Shown: positions 46,401 to 56,609, counted from the first letter of the stretch. The stretch is DNA of 64,000 bases from a bacterium (GCA_016781525.1 JADDQE010000117.1:4039-68038); one strand, 5' to 3'. The notes: generated by a model not told the origin, from the sequence alone. Made by a program: numbers and translations.

Positions 46401-47402
46401 ATGCCCAGCCGTATTAACGTTGATGTTATCAGCAGCAGCGTGCTCGCCGACAATCCGTTGGGCGATCCGCATGTCCGTACCCTGCCAATCTATCTGCCGC
46501 CCAGCTACGACGCCGAGCCGGAGCGGCGCTATCCAGTTGTGTGGATGCTCACCGGCTTTACCGGCCGCGGCCAGATGCTGCTCAACGATAATCTGTGGAC
46601 GCCCACGATCCAGCAGCAGCTCGACGCGCTCATTGCGGCCGGCATGCCCGAGGTGATCATGCCGCTGCCCGATTGTGCGACGCGTTACGGAGGCTCGCAG
46701 TACATCAACTCGGCCGCGACGGGTCGCTACGAAGATCATCTCATCTCAGAGCTAGTGCCGTTTGTCGATGGGCGCTACCGAACCCTGCCCAGTGCGCAGC
46801 ACCGCGCGGTCATGGGCAAGAGCAGCGGCGGCTACGGTGCGATCATCCACGGGATGCGCCATCCTGACGTCTTCAGCGCGGTGGCGTGTCACAGCGGTGA
46901 CATGTATTTCGAGCTCGCGTACAAGCCGGACTTTCCAAAATTCTGCAACCGAATCGCACGCAATGACTACAATCCGGAAGCGTTCTTAACGGAGTTCGAA
47001 GCGAAGCCGAAAAAAAGCGGCTCGGATGTTACGGCCCTGAACGTGCTGGCGATGGCCGCCTGCTACTCGCCCAATCCGGACCAGACGGGCCTGCCGATCG
47101 ACTTTCCCATGGATCTCCGTACCTGTCAGCTTCGCCCCGAGGTGTGGTCACGCTGGCTCCAGCACGATCCGGTTGAGCTGGTACCCCCCTACGCCGACAG
47201 CTTGAAGCGCCTGCGGCTGCTCTTTGTGGACTGCGGCACCCGCGACGAATACAATCTCCATTACGGCGCGCGGATTTTGGTAGAGCGGCTCCAAGGGTGC
47301 GGAGTTGCCTATGAGCACCAGGAGTTTGACGACGATCACCGCTCGATCTCGTACCGCTACGATGTATCACTGCCGAAGCTGGCACAAGCGATCGCAGGCT
47401 AG
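46401..47402 (+). CDS. putative esterase family (alpha/beta hydrolase, esterase D / enterochelin-esterase-like)
   Basis: YPVVWMLTGF.., GKSSGGYGA nucleophile elbow (GxSxG), HSG later. Confidence 0.7.
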   Translation: MPSRINVDVISSSVLADNPLGDPHVRTLPIYLPPSYDAEPERRYPVVWMLTGFTGRGQMLLNDNLWTPTIQQQLDALIAAGMPEVIMPLPDCATRYGGSQYINSAATGRYEDHLISELVPFVDGRYRTLPSAQHRAVMGKSSGGYGAIIHGMRHPDVFSAVACHSGDMYFELAYKPDFPKFCNRIARNDYNPEAFLTEFEAKPKKSGSDVTALNVLAMAACYSPNPDQTGLPIDFPMDLRTCQLRPEVWSRWLQHDPVELVPPYADSLKRLRLLFVDCGTRDEYNLHYGARILVERLQGCGVAYEHQEFDDDHRSISYRYDVSLPKLAQAIAG

Positions 47403-47421
47403 CTCAAGAAGGAAGGCTCAG

Positions 47422-48048
47422 ATGCTGTTTCAACCGCAGCAAAAGATACTTTTTGTCGGCGATAGCATTACCGACTGTGGAAGAAGGGGCCCGGCAGCGC
47501 CCTACGGCAACGGTTACATGAGCCTTGTGCGCAGCTTACTTATGGCGTGCTATCCACACCTCGAGCTGCGTTTTGTGAACCGTGGTGTATCGGGCGACAC
47601 CAGTCGCGACCTGCAGGCCCGCTGGGAGCGAGATATCCTTGCGGAGCAACCCGACTGGCTGTCGGTAATGATCGGCATCAACGACGTGTGGCGTGCCTTT
47701 AGCAGCAACCCCCACGAGGCGGTGCCGCTGCCGGAGTACGAAGCTACACTCCGGGCGCTGCTGACCAGCGTGCGCGAGCAGGGTGCACGGTTGATCGTAA
47801 TGACGCCCTACATGATCGAGCCGGATCCACAGGTGCCGATGCGGCGGCAAATGGATTGGTACAGCGCTGCCGTAGAGTGCATCGCGGCTGAGCAAGACGC
47901 AGTGCTGGTTCATACGCAGCAGGCCTTCGACATCGTGCTGCGAGAAACCGCGCCTGAGGACTGGGCTCCCGACCAGATTCATCCTAATCAACCGGGTCAC
48001 GCAGTGCTTGCGCTTGCGTGGCTACGAGCAGTTGGTTTTGAGCTTTAG
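47422..48048 (+). CDS. SGNH/GDSL hydrolase
   Basis: ILFVGDSITDCG block I, GIND block, DQIHPN block V; start ATG 47422 behind GAAGGAAGG. Confidence 0.8.
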   Translation: MLFQPQQKILFVGDSITDCGRRGPAAPYGNGYMSLVRSLLMACYPHLELRFVNRGVSGDTSRDLQARWERDILAEQPDWLSVMIGINDVWRAFSSNPHEAVPLPEYEATLRALLTSVREQGARLIVMTPYMIEPDPQVPMRRQMDWYSAAVECIAAEQDAVLVHTQQAFDIVLRETAPEDWAPDQIHPNQPGHAVLALAWLRAVGFEL

Positions 48049-48214
48049 CCTGGAGCGCCTGCCTAGCCTTGCCACTAGTGGGGTCACCCCATCAGCATCA
48101 AAGACCAGTCTCGCTGCCATTCTGGCTGTCGATGCTGAGATTGTACGCGCGGTACTTGGCGTTTAGCGTGCGGGCACAAGACGTGCAGCAGAGCGCTTAA
48201 CCCAGGAGCGAGAA

Positions 48215-48972
48215 ATGCCTAATCAGTTCGATCTGGTCGTAATTGGTGGTGGAAGCGCGGGTGTGACCGCCGCAATGAAGGCGGTTCAGCTAGGGGTGAA
48301 AACGGCGCTGGTGGAGCGTAGTGGTCGGTATGGCGGCACATGTCGCTACGTTGGGTGTGTGCCTTCAAAAACGCTGCTCCACACCGCGCAAACGTTGCAT
48401 ACCATGCGCCAGCACGCGGCCAAGCTTGGCTTGCCTGCGAGCGATCCCGCGGTGGACTTCAGCGCGGTGATCGTCACAAAGATGACATCATTCGACGGCT
48501 TGGCGAGGAGGATGGCTACGATGCGCCCAGTGAATTTTATGCAGCCGGGGGCGTGACCTTCACTGGTGGGGCTCGCTTTCGGAGCCGGACAGAGGCTCAG
48601 GTTGGCGACAATGTGTTGCGTTCAGAGCGTTGGATTATCGCTACCGGGGCGCGCCCACGTATTCCTCCGATCGAGGGTCTGGCAGACTCGCCCTACCTCA
48701 CCTGGGAGACAATCTTCAACCTAAAGGCTGTACCGTCGTCGCTCATCATCATTGGCGGCGGTCCCTTGGCCATCGAGTTTAGCCAGATGTTCCGGCGCTT
48801 CGGGAGCGAGATCGTTGTGCTGGAAGTGGCGGAGCAGGTTCTGCCGCACGCCGACGAGAGTGCTGCTAAGGCACTCCGCGAAATATTGGCGACGGAGTGG
48901 CTCAGAAGCTGGCGGATCAGCTTGACGAGAGCGAGCTACGGGGCTCCGTACAGCTGTAGCGCGGGAAGCTAA
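48215..48972 (+). pseudogene. frameshifted and 3'-truncated class I pyridine nucleotide-disulfide oxidoreductase (Lpd/MerA/GorA-like)
   Basis: DLVVIGGGSAG, redox-active GGTCRYVGCVPSK in frame 1; homology continues in another frame from about 48478 (KDDIIRRLG..IIATGARPRIPPI..IIIGGGPLAIEF); family sequence stops after ..LREILATE, dimerisation domain absent. Confidence 0.7.
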
Positions 48973-49256
48973 ATGTGAGGACTCGAGCGCGCGTCGCCCG
49001 CATCAGGACAGTGCACCGCGTGGGAGCCTCGGTTCGTGTGCATGATGTAGCGCTGCCCGGCGTGCTCCAGGGTAATGCGATAGCCCGGCGTAATCACCTG
49101 CATATACATCATTCCGGGTTGTGGACAGCCGAGTGAGCTATCACTCCACTCGACCTCCTCAACCTTGTCGACAAGGATCGATGACGGCTCGCAGCCTAGC
49201 TCGTGGGCCAGCCGATTGCGCGCGACAGCGACCGCGGCTGGTGAAGACTCCTCCAT
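48969..49256 (-). CDS. 95-aa protein sharing a Cys-containing domain with the adjacent lipoprotein
   Basis: EWSDSSLGCPQPGMMYMQVITPGYRITL..Y..H aligns with the C-terminus of 49322..49807; no signal peptide. Confidence 0.55.
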   Translation of the reverse strand: MEESSPAAVAVARNRLAHELGCEPSSILVDKVEEVEWSDSSLGCPQPGMMYMQVITPGYRITLEHAGQRYIMHTNRGSHAVHCPDAGDARSSPHI

Positions 49257-49321
49257 CGATACGCTCCTTACAAGGGATAAGGCCGGCTCGCTGGGGCCGA
49301 CCTCATGCGATTAGCTGCTGA

Positions 49322-49807
49322 TTAAGGCTGTGGGATCTGCTTTGGGCTCCCGTTCTCGCACCAGACCACCGAGTTGCCTTCGGTGTCGGTATGCACGTCA
49401 TAGGTCCGAGTGCCGTCGTTGAAGGTCAGCTTATAGCCCGGCACAATTGCCTGGGTGTACATCATGTCGGGTGCCGGACAGCCGAGGCTGCCATCGCTCC
49501 ACTCGGTCTGCTCCCTGCTCACAAGCTTGAGCGACTCTGGCTTCGCATTGAGGTGCGCAGCAAGCATAGCGCTCGCTTGAGTTTCGACCGATTTACCCGC
49601 CGTACCACCTGTGGAGAGCTCCCCGCCGCTGGAGTTGCTGGGAGCCGAAGCTTCGCCGACGGGCGAAGGTGCGGTTGATGACGCAGGCATGGTTGACGTG
49701 ACGGGCGAGGGCGCGGTAGCACCAGTTGAATCGGTACCTGTGCTGGGTGTGGCACTGCCGCAGGCAGTGAGGGCGATAAGCATTATCGCAATGGTAATCT
49801 TTCGCAT
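49322..49807 (-). CDS. lipoprotein with C-terminal W-D-SLGCP domain
   Basis: MRKITIAIMLIALTAC lipobox after GGAGGAG SD; Ser/Thr/Pro-rich linker; EWSDGSLGCPAPDMMYTQAIVPGYKLTF domain. Confidence 0.65.
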   Translation of the reverse strand: MRKITIAIMLIALTACGSATPSTGTDSTGATAPSPVTSTMPASSTAPSPVGEASAPSNSSGGELSTGGTAGKSVETQASAMLAAHLNAKPESLKLVSREQTEWSDGSLGCPAPDMMYTQAIVPGYKLTFNDGTRTYDVHTDTEGNSVVWCENGSPKQIPQP

Positions 49808-49876
49808 GACAGGCTCCTCCAAGAAGCTGGTAAAATGCGTTAGCTTATTGACGTACAAGCATAACGGAAAGTTCCC

Positions 49877-50659
49877 ATGGTACCAACGATCGATGTCGCA
49901 GCCGCAATTGCTCGTGAGTCCGGCGTTCTCCTACGCGAAGGCTTTGGTCGCAAACGGCAGCTCGACTTCAAAAGCAGAGCCGAACTTGTCACCGATATGG
50001 ATCTGGCAAGCGAGCGGCTGATCGTCGAGCGCATAGCTGCGCACTATCCAGACCACCAAATCATAACCGAAGAAGGCGGCGGGCGCGAGGAGCAATCACG
50101 GTTTGTCTGGTTGGTCGACCCGCTCGACGGCACAAATAACTACGCCCACGGCAATCCCTTCTTCACCGTGTCAATTGCGCTGCTGGAAGATAACGAGCTT
50201 CAGCTGGGCGTGGTGTACGCGCCAATGCAAGATGAATGCTTCACTGCAGTTCGTGGCGGCCCGGCGTTACTGAACGACAAGTCCGTGCAGGTTTCGGAAA
50301 TCACTGAGCTGCGCTATGCACAGGTCTCCACCGGCTTTCCCTACAGCCGGTGGACCGACGGCGTCACGAACGTGCCGGAGACTGCCGAGATGATCATGCG
50401 CTGCCAAGATGTGCGGCGCATGGGCTCGGCTGCGCTTGATCTATGCTATGTGGCGGCTGGGCGGCATGACGCCCACTGGGAGCTCGTGCTCAAGCCGTGG
50501 GATAGCGCGGCCGGCGCGCTAATTGTGATGATGGCGGGTGGTCAGGTGAGCAGCTGCGCCGGTGAGCCATATACTCCATTTGAAGGCGGGATCGTCGCCG
50601 CTAACCCCGGCTTACACGGGGCGATCGTCGGTGTGCTCGCCGAAGCAGGCAGACAATAG
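49877..50659 (+). CDS. inositol monophosphatase family protein (SuhB/ImpA-like)
   Basis: WLVDPLDGTNNYAHG and WDSAAG motifs. Confidence 0.85.
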   Translation: MVPTIDVAAAIARESGVLLREGFGRKRQLDFKSRAELVTDMDLASERLIVERIAAHYPDHQIITEEGGGREEQSRFVWLVDPLDGTNNYAHGNPFFTVSIALLEDNELQLGVVYAPMQDECFTAVRGGPALLNDKSVQVSEITELRYAQVSTGFPYSRWTDGVTNVPETAEMIMRCQDVRRMGSAALDLCYVAAGRHDAHWELVLKPWDSAAGALIVMMAGGQVSSCAGEPYTPFEGGIVAANPGLHGAIVGVLAEAGRQ

Positions 50660-50662
50660 CTT

Positions 50663-51745
50663 ATGACTACGTATGTTGAAGAGCGATTGCCCGGTCGGGC
50701 GCTGAGCGCACGGCGGCCCTTCGCTAACGACCTGTTCTTGTCGAACTACCTGCTGGCGACGTACGGCGGCTGCGAGTTCGCATGTCAGTACTGTGACCTG
50801 GCGACCACTACTATTCGGCCGCTCGGCGAGACGACGCACGTATTCGTCGACGTCCCGCAGCGCCTGGATCGCGAGCTGGAGGAGATCGATCCAGGCGACG
50901 TGGTCGGGCTGATCTTGAGCGAGGCGTACCAGCCAGCGGAGCGCGAGCATCGTTTAACACGTCAAACGCTGCAAGTGCTGGCCCAGCTCGGGCAGCCTAC
51001 GGTGATTCTTACAAAAAGTCCGCAGATTCTGGATGATTTGCGCTTGCTCGAGGTAATCCACAAGCGGTCATTATGTGTCGTCATCTTCAGCTTGCCGACT
51101 ACGGACCATGGTTTGAGCGAGAAGCTGGAGGGTCGGGCGCCAGCGCCACAGCTGCGGCTCGACGCGGCGCAAATGCTGCACCGCGCCGGCATTCCGGTAG
51201 GCTTTGCCCTGCTACCAATCGTGCCATATGTGACCGACCCGACAAACCATCTGTCGCGGACACTGAGCAAAATGGCTGCAACGGGTGCCGAGTTCGTCGT
51301 GTGGGATTATCTGGGCATCCCGAACGAGCGGCATAATGAGCGGATCACTGACATGCTCGGCTATATCGCACGCATGCCCAGCTCCTACTATCGTGATATC
51401 TATGGCTCCAAGCCATACCCCGGGCTCGACTACCGTACCAAAATCGACGAAGAGCTGATCCGGCGCTGCGATATGCTTGGGCTAGATGTTCGCGTGCCTC
51501 ATCGGGTTTACCATCGGCGCATCTCGCCTAGCAACGAGATCAGCCTCCTCTTGCGGCATCAAGCGTTTCGTGATCGGGCGCAAGGTCGCGAACGGTTGGC
51601 GCAGCTGCATCGGTCGCTAGCAGAAGAGGCCTACCTTGGCCGTTTCGACCAGGTTCGGATGATGCAAAGCCCGCTCTGGACCACAATCCATGGCATTCTG
51701 AATCCTCCAGCAAAGCAGGAAAATGAAGACGACGGTGGAGTTTAG
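50663..51745 (+). CDS. radical SAM protein (COG1533 / SplB-like family)
   Basis: CEFACQYC (CxxxCxxC) cluster motif near the N-terminus; 3 nt after IMPase stop. Confidence 0.7.
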   Translation: MTTYVEERLPGRALSARRPFANDLFLSNYLLATYGGCEFACQYCDLATTTIRPLGETTHVFVDVPQRLDRELEEIDPGDVVGLILSEAYQPAEREHRLTRQTLQVLAQLGQPTVILTKSPQILDDLRLLEVIHKRSLCVVIFSLPTTDHGLSEKLEGRAPAPQLRLDAAQMLHRAGIPVGFALLPIVPYVTDPTNHLSRTLSKMAATGAEFVVWDYLGIPNERHNERITDMLGYIARMPSSYYRDIYGSKPYPGLDYRTKIDEELIRRCDMLGLDVRVPHRVYHRRISPSNEISLLLRHQAFRDRAQGRERLAQLHRSLAEEAYLGRFDQVRMMQSPLWTTIHGILNPPAKQENEDDGGV

Positions 51746-51779
51746 ACCAGCACAGCGGTTCGTATTTTCAGGTTAGTTG

Positions 51780-51808
51780 TAGACAAACTGAGGCTCATAA
51801 CGTATAAT
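51780..51808 (+). promoter_or_regulatory. sigma-70-type promoter of greA
   Basis: TAGACA - 17 nt - TATAAT. Confidence 0.65.
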
Positions 51809-51918
51809 AGGCAAGCGGCAGGCACTCCCTGCCGTTTGTGCGCACTGATGCTGCGCAACTTGGCAAAGCTGGGAGGTAGCCTCTCAGTTTTCTAATTTTT
51901 CCCACCCGAGGACGACCG

Positions 51919-52386
51919 ATGACCGACAAGCCTGTCTACTTAACCCGTGAGGGTAAGGCTCAACTCGAAGCAGAGTTGAAGCACCGCATCGAAACTGAGC
52001 GGCCTGCGATTGCGGAAAGCATCAAGCAAGCCAAAGATCTCGGCGACCTATCCGAGAACTCGGAGTATGAAGCTGCGAAGAACGCCCAAGCGTTTAACGA
52101 GGGTCGTATTCGCGAGTTGACGTACATGATCAATAACGCGCAGCTTATTGAAGACAGTAATGGTGCTAAAGAAGTACGCATCGGCTCGACTGTAACGGTG
52201 CGTGATGATGACGGCGATGAAATGACTTATACAATCGTCGGATCGTCCGAGGCAAAGCCAGCCCAAGGCCGGATCAGCAACGAGTCGCCGGTCGGTAAGG
52301 CTTTGCTTGGTAAACATGCGCGGCAAAAAGTGGTTGTCGAGACCCCCGGGGGCTCGTATAAACTGATGATTATGAAGATAAAGTAG
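51919..52386 (+). CDS. greA: transcription elongation factor GreA
   Basis: 155 aa, LTREGKAQLEAEL..DLSENSEYEAAK..ISNESPVGKALLGK. Confidence 0.95.
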   Translation: MTDKPVYLTREGKAQLEAELKHRIETERPAIAESIKQAKDLGDLSENSEYEAAKNAQAFNEGRIRELTYMINNAQLIEDSNGAKEVRIGSTVTVRDDDGDEMTYTIVGSSEAKPAQGRISNESPVGKALLGKHARQKVVVETPGGSYKLMIMKIK

Positions 52387-52412
52387 CATACGCTAGTTGA
52401 TATCTACGCGAA

Positions 52413-52482
52413 AGAACAAAGGCTAGCGCAGGCTACGACCTTTGTTCTTTCTTTTTGTTTGTTCTTTCTTTTTGTAGAACAA
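52413..52482 (+). terminator. greA terminator built from AGAACAA-type units
   Basis: AGAACAAAGG-16 nt-CCTTTGTTCT (52413-52448), then T-rich direct repeat GTTCTTTCTTTTTGT x2 (52444-58, 52461-75). Confidence 0.7.
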
Positions 52483-52503
52483 CCAAGCTTGTGTGGAGCG
52501 TCC

Positions 52504-53994
52504 ATGGACCTGAATGAATTACAGCAAACTCGGCTTGGCAAGCTCGAGCGATTGCGCGCGGCCGGCATGGAGCCCTTCCCGCCGCGTGTAGAGCGCACAC
52601 ATACTGCAGCTCAGGTGCTTGCCAATTTTGATAGCTTCGCCGAAAGCCAAGCGCAGATCGCGCTAGCCGGTCGGATTATGCTGCGACGTGTGATGGGTGG
52701 CTCGTCATTTGCGCATATCGCTGACGAGAGCGGACGAATCCAAATATTCTTAAGCAAGAAGGATCTGGGCGCGGAGAGTTACAAGCTTTTCGCCGACACC
52801 ACCGACTTGGGCGACATTGTCGGCGTTCAAGGCTATGCCTTCCGCACAAAGACCGGCGAGCCCAGCATCTTTGTGCAGCGCTGGACGATGCTCGCGAAGG
52901 CGCTGAATCCACTACCTGAGAAGCACGCGGGTCTGAGCGACATCGAGACGCGGCTTCGCCAACGCTATGTGGACCTGATTGTTAACGAGGAGGTGCGTGA
53001 GACCTTTAAGCTGCGTTCCCGCCTCATCTCGGCGATGCGGCGCTTCATGGACGAGCGTGGCTTTATCGAGGTCGAGACGCCGATGCTCCAGCCGATCTAT
53101 GGCGGCGCCGCGGCCCGACCCTTCACAACGCACCACAACCAGCTGCACCAGGACCTCTTTTTGCGTATCGCGCCGGAGCTCTACCTCAAGCGCTTGATCG
53201 TGGGCGGCTTCGAGCGGGTCTATGAGATCGGTAAGGCGTTTCGCAATGAGGGCGTTGACCGCTTCCATAATCCTGAGTTTACCATCTTCGAGTGCTACCA
53301 GGCCTACGCCGACTACAACGATATCATGGCATTGACGGAGCAGATGATCGCCTACATCGCGCGTGAGCTCACCGGCGGCACGACCATCACCTTTGGCGGG
53401 CATACGGTCGATGTCACGCCGCCTTGGCCGCGGATTGCCATGCGCGACGCGATTATGGAGCGCACAGGCATCGATATTGCAAAGGCGACCACCCTGGAAG
53501 CGCTGGTAGCGGAGATCAAGGAGCATAATGTGACGGTGGATCGGCAGCCGACGTGGGCTAAGCTGGTGGACGAGCTGCTCAAGACCTATGTGCGGCCGAC
53601 GCTGGTAGAGCCGCACTTTGTCATCGACTATCCGCAGCCGCTGTCGCCGCTGGCCAAGCGTAAGCCCGACGACCCGAGCTTTGTCGAGCGCTTCCAGCCG
53701 TTCATGTTTGGCTCCGAGCTTGGGAACGCCTTTACCGAGCTGAACGATCCGCTCGACCAGGAGCAGCGCTTCTTAGAGCAAGGACGTGCCGAAGCAGCTG
53801 GTGACGACGAGGCGATGCAGATGGACCTCGATTTCTTGAACGCGCTCATGACCGGCATGCCGCCAACTGGTGGCCTAGGTCTTGGCGTGGATCGCCTCAC
53901 AATGTTGTTTAGCGGCCAGGAGACGATTCGCGAGGTGCTGCTCTTCCCGCATCTCCGACGGATCGAAACCGACGATCAGCGGCCCGCATCTTAG
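52504..53994 (+). CDS. lysS: lysine--tRNA ligase, class II
   Basis: full-length LysRS sequence; start ATG 52504 ([14 protein letters not shown]) behind GGAG. Confidence 0.95.
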   Translation: MDLNELQQTRLGKLERLRAAGMEPFPPRVERTHTAAQVLANFDSFAESQAQIALAGRIMLRRVMGGSSFAHIADESGRIQIFLSKKDLGAESYKLFADTTDLGDIVGVQGYAFRTKTGEPSIFVQRWTMLAKALNPLPEKHAGLSDIETRLRQRYVDLIVNEEVRETFKLRSRLISAMRRFMDERGFIEVETPMLQPIYGGAAARPFTTHHNQLHQDLFLRIAPELYLKRLIVGGFERVYEIGKAFRNEGVDRFHNPEFTIFECYQAYADYNDIMALTEQMIAYIARELTGGTTITFGGHTVDVTPPWPRIAMRDAIMERTGIDIAKATTLEALVAEIKEHNVTVDRQPTWAKLVDELLKTYVRPTLVEPHFVIDYPQPLSPLAKRKPDDPSFVERFQPFMFGSELGNAFTELNDPLDQEQRFLEQGRAEAAGDDEAMQMDLDFLNALMTGMPPTGGLGLGVDRLTMLFSGQETIREVLLFPHLRRIETDDQRPAS

Positions 53995-54052
53995 GACGTG
54001 GTTGCTGCGTATTAATTGAATAACAGAGTGTAATGCTAGGAATGGGATTCGT

Positions 54053-54268
54053 ATGCCTAAAGCATTGATTATCGAGCGCGAAAATTTACCGGCGGTCGTT
54101 CAAGGCTGGCTCAAAGCTGCCGGTCTCGAAGAAGCCGAGCAGGTTGAGCTCGTATTTACCGAGCGCGAGGTGTTGCTGCGCCGCCCGACTGATCCAAAGC
54201 TGCGCGAGTGGACCAACAGCGTAACCGATGAATACGATAAAGCATTTCGCAGGATTCTAGGGCTCTAA
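54053..54268 (+). CDS. AbrB/SpoVT-like small protein, putative antitoxin partner of the Doc-family gene
   Basis: 71 aa; LPAVVQGWLKAAGLEEAEQVELVFTEREVLLRR resembles the swapped-hairpin AbrB/MazE motif; position upstream of doc-like gene. Confidence 0.5.
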   Translation: MPKALIIERENLPAVVQGWLKAAGLEEAEQVELVFTEREVLLRRPTDPKLREWTNSVTDEYDKAFRRILGL

Positions 54269-54271
54269 AGC

Positions 54272-54323
54272 AGAGCCGAGAACCAAGCATAGAGATCAAA
54301 GAACCAACCTTTGTTGGCTCTGC
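54272..54323. repeat. heptamer array (AGAGCCG AGAACCA AGCATAG AGATCAA AGAACCA) inside hairpin GCAGAGCC..GGCTCTGC
   Basis: AG at 54272, 54279, 54286, 54293, 54300 (period 7); arms at 54270-77 and 54316-23. Confidence 0.55.
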
Positions 54324-54355
54324 GGCCTCTACCCTTTATTCGGGAAGGAATGCGT

Positions 54356-54751
54356 ATGAACTATTTGACCCAAAACGATATCCTTGATCTGCATACGCTT
54401 GCGATTGAGCGCTACGGTGGACGCCTCGGCATCAAAAGCCAGGATAAACTGCAGGGCGTTATCGCAGCACCGCAGCAAATCTTTTTTGGGGCTGAGCTCT
54501 ACAGTGATGTTGCGAGTAAAGCCGCGGTTATTGGCTTCCAAATGCTGAAGAATCGGCCATTTCTTGCCGGCAATGAAGCGACCGCACTATTGGCAGTGCT
54601 GCGGTTTCTGGCGCTCAATGATGTGGCGCTGAACCCTCGGATGGCTGAGGAGGTAGCGGATCAACTCCACGCTGTACTGCGCTCCAACTTGGATCGTGAC
54701 GGTTTGGCGGATTGGCTGCGCGACCGGCTCGAGGTTGGGGTAAACGAGTAG
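54356..54751 (+). CDS. Doc (death-on-curing)/Fic-fold family protein with degenerate active-site motif
   Basis: MNYLTQNDILDLHTLAIERYGG.. Doc-type N-terminus; Fic motif position reads RPFLAGNEATAL instead of HxFxD(A/G)NKRTA. Confidence 0.7.
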   Translation: MNYLTQNDILDLHTLAIERYGGRLGIKSQDKLQGVIAAPQQIFFGAELYSDVASKAAVIGFQMLKNRPFLAGNEATALLAVLRFLALNDVALNPRMAEEVADQLHAVLRSNLDRDGLADWLRDRLEVGVNE

Positions 54752-54817
54752 CGGGCCTTCGATAAAATGTGCAGCGTGCGTAGTGACATGCGCCACCCTG
54801 CATCCTCTTCACAAAAT

Positions 54818-54849
54818 AAAGACGCGTCGCAAACCGGCGACGCGTCTTT
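54818..54849. terminator. bidirectional terminator between convergent genes
   Basis: perfect 13-bp stem AAAGACGCGTCGC-aaaccg-GCGACGCGTCTTT with A/T runs on both sides. Confidence 0.75.
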
Positions 54850-54858
54850 ATCATTTAA

Positions 54859-55839
<981 letters not shown>

Positions 55840-56194
55840 ACATGCCTCGATTACTTTGTGAAATCATCCACATTTCTTAATTGCAAGGGTACCGGCAACA
55901 TCGATAAAAGTCAATCAGGCCCTGGCCTGATGCGTTCTACAAAGCAAACCGGATGCCAGTGCATTGCAGGGCGTACGGGAGAACGGATTTGCAGAGCTGC
56001 AGGTGGTTTTTGTCCTGCTCGCAGCCTGTATGGAGGCTCTGGGAAACATCCTAATCGTAAACCTCTTACCGTCCACAGCTGTATGACGCTCTCCTGTCGG
56101 CGCCATCTCGGCGATAGGAGCGCCGCTCACGAATGGGGGCGCTGCTGGCTCCACCTGCACGTCCAGAGTAATCTCCACTTGGGAACGTGTTCGG

Positions 56195-56437
56195 CTAGGG
56201 CGCCATCGTGCCGCGCTGGTACTCGTCAGGAAAGCGATAGATATCTAGACCATCCTCTGCCACCTCGCGCACAACCAGTCGATGGGACAGGAGCTCTTCC
56301 AAGTGCGCGGCAAGCTCATCGGCTGCTAATCCCGTCTCGTTTGAAAGGGCGGCGAGCGTCATGTGTACTCCCGGGTTATCGCGCAGGGTGTTAATGATCA
56401 GCTCGGCACGATCTGATGTTAGCTTTGTTCGCTCCAT
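56195..56437 (-). CDS. small winged-helix-like protein, unknown function
   Basis: 80-aa ORF (..HMTLAALSNETGLAADELAAHLEELLSHRLVVRE..), SD AAGGAG; fold assignment is a guess. Confidence 0.5.
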   Translation of the reverse strand: MERTKLTSDRAELIINTLRDNPGVHMTLAALSNETGLAADELAAHLEELLSHRLVVREVAEDGLDIYRFPDEYQRGTMAP

Positions 56438-56580
56438 GATCCACTCCTTTTTGTTACAGCACGACGTTGCATTGCAGCAACCTTCATACCAATCGCCCGG
56501 CGGCTGTGGTGGTGCGCGTGCCCGAAGGCTTCCCCCGATTTAAAACCCTGATTTAGCGCATTTTGATGCCCAAATATTGG

Positions 56581-56609
56581 TTGACGCCGCATCACTTTAA
56601 TGCTATATT
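56581..56609 (+). promoter_or_regulatory. sigma-70-type promoter of infC-rpmI-rplT
   Basis: TTGACG - 17 nt - TATATT. Confidence 0.6.

Noticed and set aside
48049-48214. CCTGGAG CGCCTGC CTAGCCT.. stretch after the SGNH hydrolase gene, checked as another heptamer array.
   Set aside because: The CCTG/CCTA/CCTT motifs are spaced 9, 4 and 5 nt apart, so there is no consistent period of 7.
52441-52475. Direct repeat GTTCTTTCTTTTTGT x2, considered as a mini CRISPR or satellite.
   Set aside because: There are only two copies, 17 nt apart, with no spacer structure and no cas genes. It is best explained as the U-rich tail of the greA terminator.
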